Part shown: one piece after another, positions 1 to 13,554 of the stretch
Numbering within the stretch: the stretch's first letter is position 1
Layout of the letters: each line of letters opens with the position of its first letter
NCBI RefSeq assembly: GCF_036321535.1
Contig: NC_087437.1
Span: 96,536,001-96,600,000, forward strand
Direction of reading: 5' to 3'
Source: Camelus dromedarius
Lineage: Eukaryota
Length of the DNA: 64,000 nt
Position numbers and translations under genes: made by a program
Notes under the pieces: model-generated
Told to the model about the DNA's origin: nothing
What the model saw: the letters and a program-made list of their open reading frames with translations, nothing else
Databases searched by the model: none

Positions 1-984
1 ATACAGCTCCTAAAAAAAGTAGATCCTAAACTTTCAGCTTGTTTAAGGATAAGAGCTTTGACTGTGAAGAAAACGGAAAGTGAAGGCTTCTGTATACTGT
101 ACACTTCAATGATCTTAGAAATCATTTTCCCAGGGTAGAAGGGGAAGAGGTCACACATACATTCTATTTGATTCTATTTTGACAGGGTGAAGTGGATTAC
201 CAAAACAACAGTTCATACATATTTAAAGAGGAAGGAAAGTACTCCTTGGGAGCTACAGCTTTAAGTGCTTTCTACACCAGATGTCTGCTTTTTAATGGGT
301 CTTCTTATTTAGGAAATGAAAATGAAATTAGGAGTAGACCACATTTTTCCATTGAACAAGTGTGCATATCACATGGAGCAAATGGACGCATCACCATGCT
401 GTCTCATCATCAATTAAAATAAAAAAAAAAAATTTAAGTGGGAAGGAAATGCTTTAGAAAGTTATTTATAAATGCACGTATATAGAGATAAAGTTTTGAA
501 CAGCAGTTGTTTCCAATGATCTAAAGAAAATTTGAGCAGACTAAACCAGTGATGATAACCTAATGGGAAAAACAGAACCTACTTTGCAAAGTAATCCATT
601 CTTACATTCCTTTACACTGTAAAATGTTACAATGTTTTGAAAACCTTCTAGGAAAATCTTTCATCTCTTTATTATTCAGTACTTGCCACTTTGAAAATCC
701 TGTGATGTTCAAATTCTTCCGAGGGAAGACCCATGGTAACCAATAACCCGCTGGGAACCACATACACCAGTTTGGTGAAATAAAAGGATCTTGAGCAAGT
801 ACTTTTCCTATACTCAGTTCTTCATACTGAAAATTTCTGTACCAGTTCTTGGCTAGAACCTATATATTTAAATCAATATAACCTTTCTTTTCCACTAAGG
901 GTTTTTGGACATGAGGGTAAAATAAGACAGCATATTAACAGACCAGTGGAATAGCCATCTTTTAAAACAAATATCTATCATTCA

Positions 985-1369
985 TTTGTTGGACTACTAC
1001 TGCGTCTCATCACAGAAATTTCTTTCTTTGGGGAACTCCTATTCTATAATCTTTGTACAAATGGCCACATTTTTGCATGCCCCAGCAGACTGGTGCATAG
1101 ATGGGCATGTGACCTCAGTGGGGCAGTGAGTCTTTTTTATAAGAAGGTCAGTCTAGGCAAAGAGAGAGAGAGACAGACACTGGGAAGAAGGTATGACACA
1201 AAAAGACTGGAGGAGGTCTGAATCCTGGTGTTAGGCTCTGCTTCCTCCCAATCCAGTCTGGGTATGGGATCAGTGACACACCCTACCAGCTTTATAACAA
1301 AAACCTTTATATCAAATTGGTTGAAATAATATTTCTGTTATATTTAACTGAAGACTACCAAATAATACA
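985..1369 (+). mobile_element. Old MLT1-type (ERVL-MaLR) solo LTR remnant
   Basis: Internal gggcatgtgacc motif and a 3' end ttctgtta...aataataca resembling MLT1 termini; highly diverged, left edge uncertain. Confidence 0.4.
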
Positions 1370-2987
1370 ATGTAACACTACAAATTCACTTTAAAAGGGG
1401 GAGCATCTTCTGTCTACCTTGAAACTGGTCTGAATGATGGGATTTCAGCTTAGGGAGCATTACAGTGCTGACCTGCAGAGCACTGGGAAGCATTCCAGCA
1501 CTGGCAGAGAGCGCCAAGTCAAGGAGTGAGCCCAGAGGTATGAGCCACTAAAGCCACAGGAAGACAAAGCTGTGTACCAGTCATATTTAGGTCTGCAGCG
1601 TTCATGTAATTGATGTATTCCTTGCCAAAAATGTTTAGACCATGTAAAATCTGAGGTACACAGTAAAGTTTTATCATCACACACGTAAAGGTCACGAAAA
1701 ATTGTACTCAATATCAAATGCTACCTTTGACTCCACCATTTGGATTATATTAACTATGAATCTCCTTTACTCCTTTTTTTTTTTTTTGGTAATAGAAAAT
1801 TGTGATTTCTCCTATTATACAACATCATAATACTTAGGATGCAAGTTAAACAATAATTAATCTTTTTCAAAAAGATGAATGGGTAACTCTGCTGTGTGAG
1901 ACTGAAAGTTCATTAATGTCTAAATGATAAAAGAGATACTAATCTCTCTTCATTAGTCAGGTGAAGTTAGTTACACCTTCTACGAAAGAGTATTCAGAAC
2001 TTACATGATTTTAAGTATACATCACTGGAAGATTCCATGGTTCAACAGGAACATTAGAAAAGATGTCCATTTAATCATCTTGACAGATTCATGCCTTCAT
2101 TATTTTTAAGAATCATTTCTAATTTCTATAAAGAATCTAATTGAATGAAATTCAAAATAGTATAGACAGTAATATTCTAGTATTTTAGATGTATGGGGTA
2201 ATGATAAATATAAATGAACATGTTTTAATATATGTAAAGCATTGAATTAAAATGAATAATTGGTTTTAAATAATAGCAGTATGGCATACTCTTTTACAAT
2301 AAAATTTCTAGGAGAAAGTATCTCTATATTTTCAGTTAAGGCCTGAATGTAATTTTTTGTATGTGATGAAGCTGCCAGTTTGGGAGAAACGCAAGCATGT
2401 TTTCTGAAGCCATGTGCTGGACATCTTCTACTGTCATCTAAAATTCTGATGTTATTGTTCCTGTATTACTAAAAGATTTCTGACTTAAAGTAATTGAAAT
2501 TTACAATTCTTTCCCATTTCAAATTTATTTTTTTATAGTCAGTTGCATACATCTAAAAAATTCCTACACAATTTGAACTTTTAATATGAAGTGAATTTGG
2601 TAAAGGTCTTTAACACTTATAAAGCATTTTGAGCGCTACACCTAATTTACAACTGTGGTTTAGTGAGGGGAAATTCAACCATTTCATAAATCAGCAAACC
2701 GATGCTCACAGAAGCTAAATGACTTCCACTAGGATCACAATTCAAATCTTCAGTTCCTTACCCAAATCTATTATCTCAAAGGAAAGCACCCAACATAATA
2801 TATACCCTTAGGTAGTCAATATGGTTCTCTCAAAAATGTTATTTATAAAATAAGGACTAGTGAGTTTGGTTAGAATCATTTAACAAAATATGAGGTGAAG
2901 TGGGGAGAGACATTGTAAGATAAATGAAAAGGAGTAATAATGGGTCCAAAAAGAAGTTGATAAAACATAATGGAAAGATGAGAACTT

Positions 2988-3520
2988 CATTCATTTATGA
3001 ACATTTAATTAAACACTTTCAAAATTTTTTTTAATTAAAAAAATACAAAAAGACACTTTCAATGTGCCATGTTCTGTGGTAGACTCTAGGTGTATATAGC
3101 ATTGCAAAAAAATGTATAGTTCTTAATGTCATAGGCCTTATAATCTAGAGAGAAGGTCAGATATTAATCAAATATAAATGTATTACTACAAATTGTAGAA
3201 AAATATAAAGGAAAAAATAGAGTGATATGGTAACATCTTCTGTAAAGAGTTTCAGTTGAATTCTGACAGATTAGTAGGAATTAGACAAGTGAAGACTAAG
3301 GATGTGGAGAATCCCAGGTTGAAGGGAATCTGTGTAATACTTGAATGTAAGGAGCCTGGCATAATAAAAAGTGCAGGGTGAAGGGAAAATGGTGGAGGTA
3401 AGGACTAGATCATGAAGGTCTTGTTTAAAGAACTTGCTTTTTAAAGCCCACTCTAGTGGAAAAGCATAGGGGGCAAGGGGATTTAATACATTCATACATG
3501 ACTATTGGACTTTACAAATC
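2988..3520 (-). mobile_element. L2 LINE 3' fragment
   Basis: Starts ttcattcatttatgaacattt...aatgtgccatgttctgtggtag, the reverse complement of the typical L2 3' end, followed by purine-rich L2-like body. Confidence 0.5.
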
Positions 3521-4559
3521 ATCAAGTTGAACAGAGATTATCTATACTCTTAATTTTCTTGAAATCTTGGATTCGGATAAGTATGTATATATTTACTACA
3601 AACTGTCTCTCTTGAAATTTAAAGCTATCTGTGGCATGAATAATCAAGAGCTGACAAGGTACTCAAAAGGGACAAAAGATAACTAATTTCAAAATAATGA
3701 AACATTAACTCATTTAGATGGAAAAGTACTCTAACGTATTACATTAATTTACTTTTTTGTGTTCTACTGTCCTTCCTAACGAAACAAGGTTTAAGCCTAT
3801 ATCCTGGGTTTCCAATACGAATTCAAAAGCTGTGAAACTTAATCAAATTAATAAAAGAAAATTCATCTCATTTGCTGGCTCACATGAATGCAATACCCAA
3901 AGTACTACCTCCTACAATTTTTTTGTAACTGGTTCCCTTCAGGTGTCATGTTAATAAGCTTGGATCAATTAATAACTGTAATTGAAGCTGAACATAATTA
4001 AGCATTTAATTTTGAGCTGGTCAAGTATAATTCCATTAAAGTCACATCATGAAACTAGGACAATATAAGGAATTATTGACAAAAGACAACCAGGAATCAA
4101 AAAGATTCACTATGCACTGATGCCTGGATTACTCAGGTCCAAACTGACTATTAGGTATGTTTAGCTTCAAGTCAATGGTAGAAAAATGAAGAAGACTACA
4201 TACATGAATTTCTGGTTGTGAGCTTTACTACTATATTTTTCCACGACAAATGATCTCCTATATTTTGAAGCTCTGACATCAGTTACATAGTGTCTTAAAA
4301 TAGATCTTCAGATTTTGGGTTAAAAATTTAAAAGTGTCTTCATGCCACTGATCTCCCTACACATCTTACACACATGCCACAGGGGGGAGTTAAAATGATA
4401 CAAAGTAACAAGTATGTATTTTGAAGAAAAACATGTCAGTCTACACCAAGCAAAACACAAAATAATCTTTCATATGTCCATCTCTTTAGAAATACAAAGA
4501 AAACTCAATATAGGGATATTTTGCATTAGAGGCTTTTTTTTTCTTTCACATGGGAGATT

Positions 4560-4900
4560 TTATTTTGGTCTGTTTGTTCACAAACATTGAACAATACCAT
4601 TTGGTAATTTCCTTCTTTTATAAAGTAATAGATAAATATTTCCCATGTCAATAAGGTAAATATAGTTCTAGTAAAGAATTTTTAATCTCTGTAGAGTATA
4701 ATATTGTATTGTTATACTAAAATTCTTTTAAATAATTTCTTATTTTTGGTGCCTGAGATATTTTAAACTAATTTCAATGGCAAAATATGCTGCAAAGAAT
4801 ATCCTTATATATAAATCTCTGAACACAATTCAAGATCAATTCCTAGAAGAAAACTGCTAGACTATAAAGCACATGCAATAGATACTTTAACGCGATTTTT
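4560..4900 (-). mobile_element. Ancient L1M(E)-like fragment
   Basis: aatatgctgcaaagaatatcctt...aattcctagaagaaaactgctagac resembles the antisense L1M 3' region; very diverged. Confidence 0.35.
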
Positions 4901-5124
4901 CAAACTGAAGGGGGTAAGGTGATGTCTTAAGATATTTACAAAAATATCTGCACAGAATGTTGTTATACTATAGGAACATGAGCTTACTTCCAAAGCAAAA
5001 ATCTGAGAGCCTGAGCACCAAATCCATAAATGTGGCCTATGTGTTGTGAAGATTCTTAGAAACAGCTTAGAAAACCACAGAATGTTTTTCCTTTTAAAAA
5101 AGAGCATCTTTTAGGAGCCATGTA

Positions 5125-5290
5125 TTCCAACTATCCTAAAACATCAGAATCACCTCGGTTGCTTTGTGAAAATACCTGTCCCTGAGCCTCAGTCTAGACA
5201 TAATAATTATTTCTGAGTGTGGAATCTGGGGATTAGTGCTATTTAAAAGTTTTCTAAATGCTTCTGATATGCCCAGTCTGACATTCGTCC
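5125..5290. mobile_element. MER5A-like hAT-Charlie DNA transposon remnant
   Basis: catcagaatcacct...aaaatac...ttctgatatgc motifs typical of MER5. Confidence 0.5.
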
Positions 5291-5695
5291 TTGGACCAGC
5301 ATTTTGGATCTAACTGCCTACTCTAATCCTTTCATTTTGTAGATTAGCAAACTGCCTATACACACATTATGTTGTTTGCCCAACTCTCTAGTTAAACAGG
5401 CAGAGGGAGCCCTCCAAATCTCAAATGAGTGTTATTCCCAATATATTAATTTACTTCAATTGCTGTCAATATGGCATGCCCATGTGATAATCGGCTACTG
5501 GTTCCACCATTAAATGACTAATCAGAAAAGAAATGGATTATTTAATGATATTCACTGCATGATCTCATAAAGTAAAATGCATGTCTTATGAACCCTGTTT
5601 ATTGCTATTTTGATCTTATTGCTTTATTCCCTAACTTTGAATTTATTGCAAATCAGATGAAACTACCAAAATAAAACACTCTTAGGCAATCTTAC

Positions 5696-5730
5696 CTGCA
5701 GTTAAGATGTCTTTATACGACAGCAATCCA
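5696..5730 (-). other. Candidate 35-nt internal exon of an unidentified minus-strand gene
   Basis: Minus strand reads ctttttttttctgattgatttttattatag|TGGATTGCTGTCGTATAAAGACATCTTAACTGCAG|gtaaga: long pyrimidine tract, CTGAT branch-like motif, consensus CAG|GTAAG donor; exactly one frame is open (GLLSYKDILTA). Confidence 0.5.
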
Positions 5731-6109
5731 CTATAATAAAAATCAATCAGAAAAAAAAAGAATGTTTTTGTCCAAGGAAAGTAAATATTTAACTATTTTT
5801 TCTATAAACTATCTGGTCTTAGATTTATAGACCACAAAACAAAAATACTGATTTCTGTTCTCTTCATTACAATTCACATTTGCTGTATAAAACTGACATT
5901 ACCAAATTATTTCTAGAATAAAGTTGTTAATAAATAATAGATAAGTATCTTTACGAAAATCATTAACTTTCCAAGATCATACCTATTTTTCAAAGAATCA
6001 GATAAAACATCTATTTCTTAGAGTCTTTAAAAGCTTCACCCTAAATAGAGGAGATGGTTTGCAATACATCAGCCATATGGGTCTTTGGAGATCCCTATAT
6101 ACCATATAA

Positions 6110-6650
6110 TACCACTTCATTATTTAAAGCAGTCCAATGGCTTCTTTTTGTATTAAAAACAAAAATCCAAGTGCTTAATTGTACTTTACACAGTCCAGTG
6201 CTATCTGAACATGTCCTTCTCTTTGAACATTTTCTGCCATCTTTCTCCTCACCTATCATGACGAATCATACTGGCCTTCTTTGTCTTCTTCAAGTCTGGC
6301 AAGCTCTTCCACACATCTGGGTCCTGAAACTAGCATCATCTTCTGGAGTACCATGCTGTTGCTACAGAGAGCTGCATGGTTCTCTCACGCAAACGCCGCC
6401 TCTTCAGAGAGAACTTGCCTGACGGTCATGTTTAAAATGGTTACCAATGAACAACCATTGCAGCAGATTTTAATTCTCCACAGCAGTTGTGATTATCTAA
6501 TGCTTTTCTTTTTTTGCTTGTTTATGTATTTATTTGTTTATTTATTTATTTACTTCGACTCCCAAAATACAGTCCTCATGAGAAGAGGGGCTATGTCCTC
6601 CTGTTCACAGTTAGTCATCCATAAATTGGTGTTAGGAACAATGAATAAAT
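6110..6650 (+). mobile_element. L2 LINE 3' fragment
   Basis: ccaatggctt...aaaatccaagtgctt...catactggccttc and terminal atgaataaatga, typical L2 3' region. Confidence 0.55.
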
Positions 6651-8792
6651 GAGATTGCACAAGAATAGAGATCAAATAAAGTACTGAAGCCAACATTTCA
6701 TTTTTAAATACTTTTTTACTGTGTGAAATGTGTTAATTTAATTTGTGATTGTGAGAAATTTAAGATATCTATCACATGAGATACGAAAATATGATTTTCT
6801 TATACAAAATCCCAATTTTAGATTACACAAATAACTGCGAGTCATTGTGTCATAAGCCATATGGCCACAAACTATGGTTCATCTTCAAACAAATAGGAGA
6901 TCATTCACAGCTACACAATAATAGTGCCTGCCTATTAGTATTAACTTTGTCCAACCTAATAGGTTCTCAGGAACTAAGTTTTAACAGGTCAGAAGTCAAT
7001 AAAAACACACTGACAATTCTAACACTGTTCATTATCAGCCATCAATATGCTGTCTGTCATGCCAGCTTGTGTAACTGTTCTTTTTGGTTTCAGTTCAATC
7101 CTTATGTTTTTTAAAACAAAAGAAAATACAAATTTATGATAAAAGCAAATGATACAGTATGCAGCTTGATCAATCATATCACCACAAAATTCTCCCCCAC
7201 TACTATATTTCATCCAAAGTAAAATGTGGTTCTATAGACTGAGAGAGCAATATAGTCACAACTTTTGAATTCTTATGGAGCTTTGAGTTCCAAGTAAGAT
7301 ACTTTTTTAAGAAATATAAATGAGCGGGCAAGGTCACGAGACAAATACATTTCCTAATCTGTCTGTTCACGCTAGGTAAAGTTTTGTCAAATGGTTTAGA
7401 ATCACAGAAAAAGACTAGGAATTAAACTTAGCATCACCTAGTTATAATGCACAAATCTTACTTTTTACGGAGAGAGCTCATGATAGATTCTTTATCTGAG
7501 CCAATTTCTGCCCTCAGATATTCACTGACAATTCCCACCATGGGAGAGAATCCATCACAAGCTCCTGCTGAGAATGAAATAAATTCTCAAGGGTAAGAAG
7601 ACATCTTCAGTGCCCGCACATTTTGAAAAGCAGCAAGGATCTCAAAATGTCAGCTACATGTAAGGCATATCATTAACAGACTCCACTGAAAGTATTTAGA
7701 GGTTCACATACAGAGCCAGGGAATCAATTGCCTCATATGAACCAAGGATACTCTTAAAATTGCTACACCCTAAAAGTCTACAACTGTCCTGTTGTGATCA
7801 CTGGAACTTTACCCTTAATCCCATTTTGGGAGCTATACATGCTCCCCCACTGGACAGTGAAAATAATTTGGGATTTCATACGGGCACAATATACAAAGAG
7901 GTCAATATGAATTACAGTCTCATTTCTTAACCTTCCCTTTATCTAAAAATGATGTTGAGATTACACTCTGCTAATGTGTATTTCTAAGCATGTTTCAAAA
8001 ATAAAATGATGGCTAAGGTGATAAAAGATAGAAACACTAGCAAAACCATAAATTAATAAATGGGTTTCTACTTAAATACTTAGATGTAAAATGCAGATCA
8101 AAATTAATTCTGACTCATTTCATATAAAATTGGGATGAAGCATGATTCTTTAAATGAATAGTGTGACTGCCAGAATGAATTTTTTTATATCATATAAAAT
8201 TTATATTTTAGAATGATCTGTACTGACTGAAATAGATATATAGTAATAACTCTCCCATTAAATCCTCTAATACCCCAAAGTTCTTCTAAATCTTAAAACT
8301 TCTGATGGGAGAAGCAGGACTCAGTATGAGGGAAAAATCACATATAATGATGTCCCTATATTCTCTATAACCATAGTTTGTGTATTCAAGTAAATCAATT
8401 AAATTGATATAATAAATAAAAGTATTTAAACTACATTCTATCTTTGTAATTTGTAGTTTATATAATGTCTATTATATAGAGGCTAGAGGACCTCAAATCA
8501 CTAGTCCACTAATGAAAGGAGGAAAAAAATAAACGGTAGCTCAACCAAGTGCTGTGCTTTATGTGGGCCCAGTCAGTGAATAGTGCACAATCAGGTAACA
8601 ATTCAAGAATACTGCAATGTATTTAAAATGCCCATGAAAAAATAAAAAATATTAAATAGACAATAGAAATATTTTCTTACAAGAGAGTATCACTTCAGTA
8701 ATTATTTTCATGCAAAGAAGGCCCAGAACTAGAATAATCTTATTCCAAAATGGAAATAGTATCAAAATTAAAAAAAAAACCTATGTCCTCAT

Positions 8793-9225
8793 TGATATCA
8801 GCTAAATTGTGTCCCCACAACAGATGCACTGGCTTTCCAAACTCCAGTATCTACAAATGTGATACACATACTAAGTTCTTTGCTGATGAACTCAAGTTAG
8901 GATCTGGCCATGCTGGTGGCCTTTAATCCAGTATGACAGGTATCATTACAAGAAGAGGAGCCAGAGACAGATACACAAGAAGGAGAACACCATGTGGACA
9001 CACAGACCCAGAGAGAAGACGCACATGTAAAGACAGGGGCAGAGACTAGATTCAGGCCTGGAAGAAAACAGGAAGGATCTTTTCTTAGAGGATTTGGGAA
9101 AGCAAAGACCTTGATCTCAAACTTCTTTCCAAAACTGTGAGAGATAAAGAACATAAGTTTCTAGTGTTTTAAGACACCCAGCTTGTAGTACAATAACTTG
9201 CTAAGGTAACCCGAGGAATCTACTC
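8793..9225 (+). mobile_element. MLT1-family MaLR solo LTR
   Basis: Starts tgatatcagctaaattgtgtcccc; contains taatccagtatgacaggt, ccaaaactgtgagagataaa, tttaagacacccag characteristic of MLT1. Confidence 0.75.
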
Positions 9226-9582
9226 TTGTTCTGCATAAACCCTGATTGGAGAAAAACTATTCTGTGTAATTTATTTCAATATTTTCCTTTTCATCAAAGT
9301 GAGGTTATCATTTGTTAAAGCTCATATCTGCAATAAAAAATCAGCAGTATTGTTTTTTTTTTGCTTATACATTAAAAAAGAATAACTCCTCCAACAGCAC
9401 AACGTATTAAGCTAGTTTCAGACCACATGCAGTTGAACGACTGGTATGAACCTTCACACATTCCTACCCCTCCACCTAAGATCTGGTTATATAGACTGGC
9501 CAGTATTAGACATTTTCTTGATGAAGAAAAATACAGATAATCTGACTTGGAGTTTATTTTGTTTTTTTGTTTACACACTTAC

Positions 9583-9594
9583 CAGGAGAAAATA
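9583..9594 (-). other. Candidate 12-nt microexon
   Basis: Minus strand: actttttatattttag|TATTTTCTCCTG|gtaagt; perfect GTAAGT donor, frame-preserving length, no stop in any frame. Confidence 0.3.
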
Positions 9595-10409
9595 CTAAAA
9601 TATAAAAAGTGCTATCAGGTAAACCATTTGATAGTCAATTTGACTTCAAAACAGAAAAATAAAATCGCATATTCTAGGAAGAATATGAACTTTCCTCTAT
9701 TTTTATTAGAACTATAGGGAAGTCTAACAGTCTAAAAAGTTTCAAAATACAGATTTAAACATATTGATCTTATTAAATTGTTAATTCTATAACAAAAAAA
9801 CATGACACTTAAAGTATAAAGCTATTGTTATAAATACCTTCTAAAACTTACCTAATGTATTTGTTGGGGGAAAAATTGTTCTTACTTCTAAGTTATCTTG
9901 CAGTTTACCACCAAACATCACTTATTTGAAATAAAATAATTTTAAAGTTTGGATAATGTAAAGAAGTGTTTTGCTAACAAAAAAGTGATATTTTAAAATA
10001 GCATCCACTGAATTCAGTGTTAAGATTAGTGTGGCTTTAGGAAAATGCTACCCAGTATTATTTAATGGTTATGAAGCAAGTGCCGAGGTAGAGTACAGAG
10101 TAACTGATGGGTAACCATTGAGTACCCACTCTGCTTGGCTGCTAGTCCTGCTAGTCCTGTATCTCCAGCTGCTCCATTGGAATCCTGCAAAATTAAGCCA
10201 GGTTGGCTGGGAGCTTTGACTCATATTGGACCCCCAATATATTTTAAATGACATGGACAGTAAATCATTCTTATTTAGCTTCTAATGTAAAGCAGTTTCA
10301 CCTCTTTACATTTTGTGGGTAAGATTAACGTCATGCCAAATTGTGCAACATATTTTGTCCTAGGAGAGAAAGCAGCCGAGACTTCAGCTGCCTCTTTCAC
10401 GCGGAAGCA

Positions 10410-10585
10410 GTTTTGCATTGTGATTAAGAGCACAGGTCTTAACCTTCACCTACTAGCTATGTAGCCTTGACGATACCACTAACTCATCTGTACTTCAGTT
10501 TGCTCATCTACAGAATCAGGACAATTATAGTTCCTATCTCACAGAGTTGCAGTTAAGGACTGACTGGGAAAATACAGGTAAATCA
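10410..10585 (+). mobile_element. MIR SINE
   Basis: gtgattaagagcacagg...tactagctatgtagccttg...cagtttgctcatcta...cctatctcacagagttg MIR core. Confidence 0.65.
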
Positions 10586-11294
10586 ATTCCAAGTGTCAGT
10601 TTCAGCTGCCAGTATCAACACAATCATCACCAAAATATGTTGTAGAGAAGCCGTGAAGCCTCTTTCAATAAAAACATGAAGCAGTAAGAGGAAAAAATTA
10701 AACATACGTAAGTAATAAATTGGCTTTTGGTTTCTAGAAAAAGATAGACAAGTTTGATTTAGTAACTTTTACACAGCAAGTATATTCAAATACTCTGAAG
10801 CTGACATTTTAAATGTCAGCACCAACATCGGCTTCTGATGCCTTAGCTACATATCAATTTTACTTACATTAGTTTTCCCCCTCCAAGAAAATGTGAAACC
10901 TGATTTATTTTTACATTATAAGCATTTTTAGGGAAAAACAGATTCTTAAACTAAGATTATTTGCCAACTCTCAAAATGCCATAAACAGTCTGTACACCAT
11001 CCCCAAGAATAGAGTGTGATCAATCATTCCCATGACATATTTGCACTAAGGATTGCTTAATCCTTTTAACACAATCAGCAAAGTAGGTGAGGTGACCTTC
11101 AGGCAAAATAAGATATTCTACAAATGACATAAACCCTTCATGTGTAATGCTTTGTCTTTTATTAGCATATGTGGAACTGAAGAAACATATTACTTGCTTT
11201 ATTTAATTCTTCAGGCACAGTAGGACACAACACTACACTGCAATGCCAAGAAAAAGAGATAGGTCTTCCTCCAAATCCGCGATGACTTTATGGC

Positions 11295-11305
11295 ATGACT
11301 CAGCA
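11295..11305 (+). promoter_or_regulatory. Perfect ARE/NFE2-type motif (ATGACTCAGCA)
   Basis: Exact match to the CNC-sMAF consensus with embedded AP-1 site, in repeat-free sequence; motif only, no functional evidence. Confidence 0.35.
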
Positions 11306-11579
11306 TTCAAAACTCTGCTGCCAACTCATTCAGCTGCACTCCTGTGAGTGGCTGGGATCCTATTTACCTGCATGCTAAAAGACACTGTGGATGAAAGTGG
11401 CTCTGTTGGGGAAGCTGTCAATGAGATCTCTGCTAGAAAACATTCTTGCCGAGTAGCTCCTACCCTAAGGCCTTTCAGTTAAATTTAGTCATGTGATTCC
11501 AAGAAGGTGAATAATTTGATTTCATCGGCCTCTACAATGACCCAAGGAGTCACCTTATATTCAGTAAAATGAATATTTG

Positions 11580-11750
11580 ATGAAGAGAGAAACAAGTAGA
11601 AAGAGAGAGAGCTACAAACCAAAAGAGAGGACAAGGGAGTGGGATGCGGTAAGGGAGACAGAGAGAGAGAGATAGAGAGAGAAAGGAAAGAAAGAAGGAA
11701 AGAAAGAAGGAAAGAAGGAAGGAAAGAGGAAAGGGAAGGAGGATGGCAGG
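11580..11750 (+). repeat. Polypurine low-complexity tract (GA, GAAA, GGAA units)
   Basis: Directly visible gagagagaga...aaaggaaagaaagaaggaaagaaagaagg. Confidence 0.9.
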
Positions 11751-12929
11751 AACAAAGTCAAGTAATAAGTTGAGGGCTTTCTTACATAATGATTCCATTA
11801 CTCATGCTGCTATGGAAAATCGAATTGCCTATGAAGAATAATTTTAAATGAGTAATGAAGTTAGAAGGACAGGAAGGAATAACTGTATTTCAGAACAAGC
11901 CCCACCCTGGTCATTTTCCCAAGTTTTAATGAGAAGCATGATGGGATAGGCATACATTAAAAATATTAGTCATTGTTACTATGTCATCCCTCCTGAAATA
12001 TTACCGATTTGTTTTTCTTCAAATTATTCAGCATTTCTCTTAGAAGACAGACATGTAATCACACGGAGCAAATCTGAATGAAGTACTGTAAGGCAGAAGT
12101 GTTCTATGCTATAGAAAATGTTGTCTATAGCAGTTTGAAACATGCTCAAAACACAGAGAAAAAGCCCAGCAACTAGTAATTTCACAGTTGGCCACCGTCT
12201 CTCTGATCTTTGATAGTACTCTTGACTCTGTCTTTGATTTCTGAGTATGTGCATACTTATTTGGGCATGCCAAAAGTAAAGTTACTATTTTAATCAAAAC
12301 ATAGATTAAGTGGGAATCACACCCACGCCCCAATTAGCTCTAAACAGCTTGTATATGCAATATGTTTAAATCCCAGAAATTTGTGAGTTATCTGGATGTA
12401 TAATTTTTAGGTTAGTAAAACCTATTAGGCCATCCATAATTTGTTTATTTTTAAAGATCAAGGTACGATCCAAAGATAAATAATATTTAGGAAATTGGCT
12501 TTTGAGATGGTTACATAACAATGTATTTTAATGTAGATTTTAGAATATAGGTCTCTTTTTTAATGGAAATAATAACAGTGACTTCAAAACTAAGATCCAG
12601 ATAATATAAAAATGCTATTATATTTCACTATTTGCTATAAAAATAGAAGTATAGCAGAAACTTTCAATGAAAATCCAGGAGAAAATATTTATTTTCCTTG
12701 TACCCTATCCTCATTCACGATTTCATGATTACTTCCTGTTTCTGTTTGTCCTTAGATGACTTTGCTTTTTTCTTTTTCTTTTTTTTTTCTTTTCATAGCC
12801 TGCAAGTATTACTCTGTGGAGTTACCTGTACTGTAGTTTTATTACATTCAGAACTGGAAAGCCCTTATAACCCAACCACTTTTCAGTCAAAGTCTGACCA
12901 TGCGTCCCTCAGTTACTACTGATGTTTAT

Positions 12930-13060
12930 GAAAATGGAGGTTCGTAGTCTCTGCCCCCTACTCACTAAATCTGAATCTCTGGGGATGGTTCCATGATTCT
13001 GGATTTTTAACAAATTACTCAGTGCTTCTCATGTTATAAAGTTCGAGTATTTCTGCCCTA
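12930..13060. mobile_element. MER5-like DNA transposon remnant
   Basis: actaaatctgaatctctggggatgg...atttttaacaaattactcagtgcttctcatg. Confidence 0.55.
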
Positions 13061-13554
13061 AACTCCCCAGTCCAGTTATGAGTACAGTATACACAGAATC
13101 CCAAAAGAAATTTTAGGGAACAAATGCAGATGTTCATGAGCTCAGTGCAATATGAGCATGCCAACATGAACATGCAGAAATAGATACTCTGTTCTGATAA
13201 CATGTCCAGGTGAAGTAAGACAAAGTAAACTACTTTTATGTAGGATTAAAAGATAGAAAAATCAGGATTATACTTTCAACTATTAAAAAATACGAGTTTC
13301 TAAAATATTTCTGTTTCTTGATCTATTCAAAGTCTTATTTAATCAATTCAGAGTCATAAAGAACAATACAGTACATACAGCTTAAAAATAAGAAAAAATT
13401 AAATTGTCATTGTCATTATATGCTCAAATTCCAAGTTAAGCACAGATGGTTTCAATGGGGTTTGCTACTTTGACAAACGGTTTTGCCCTTACATTATACT
13501 ATAAATCTCCTTAAACAATGAATCAGTAAGGTGCTGCCTCACCAAACAAAGGAA

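Noticed and set aside
11580..11750. Potential triplex (H-DNA) polypurine tract
   Set aside because: Common low-complexity repeat with no specific evidence of function
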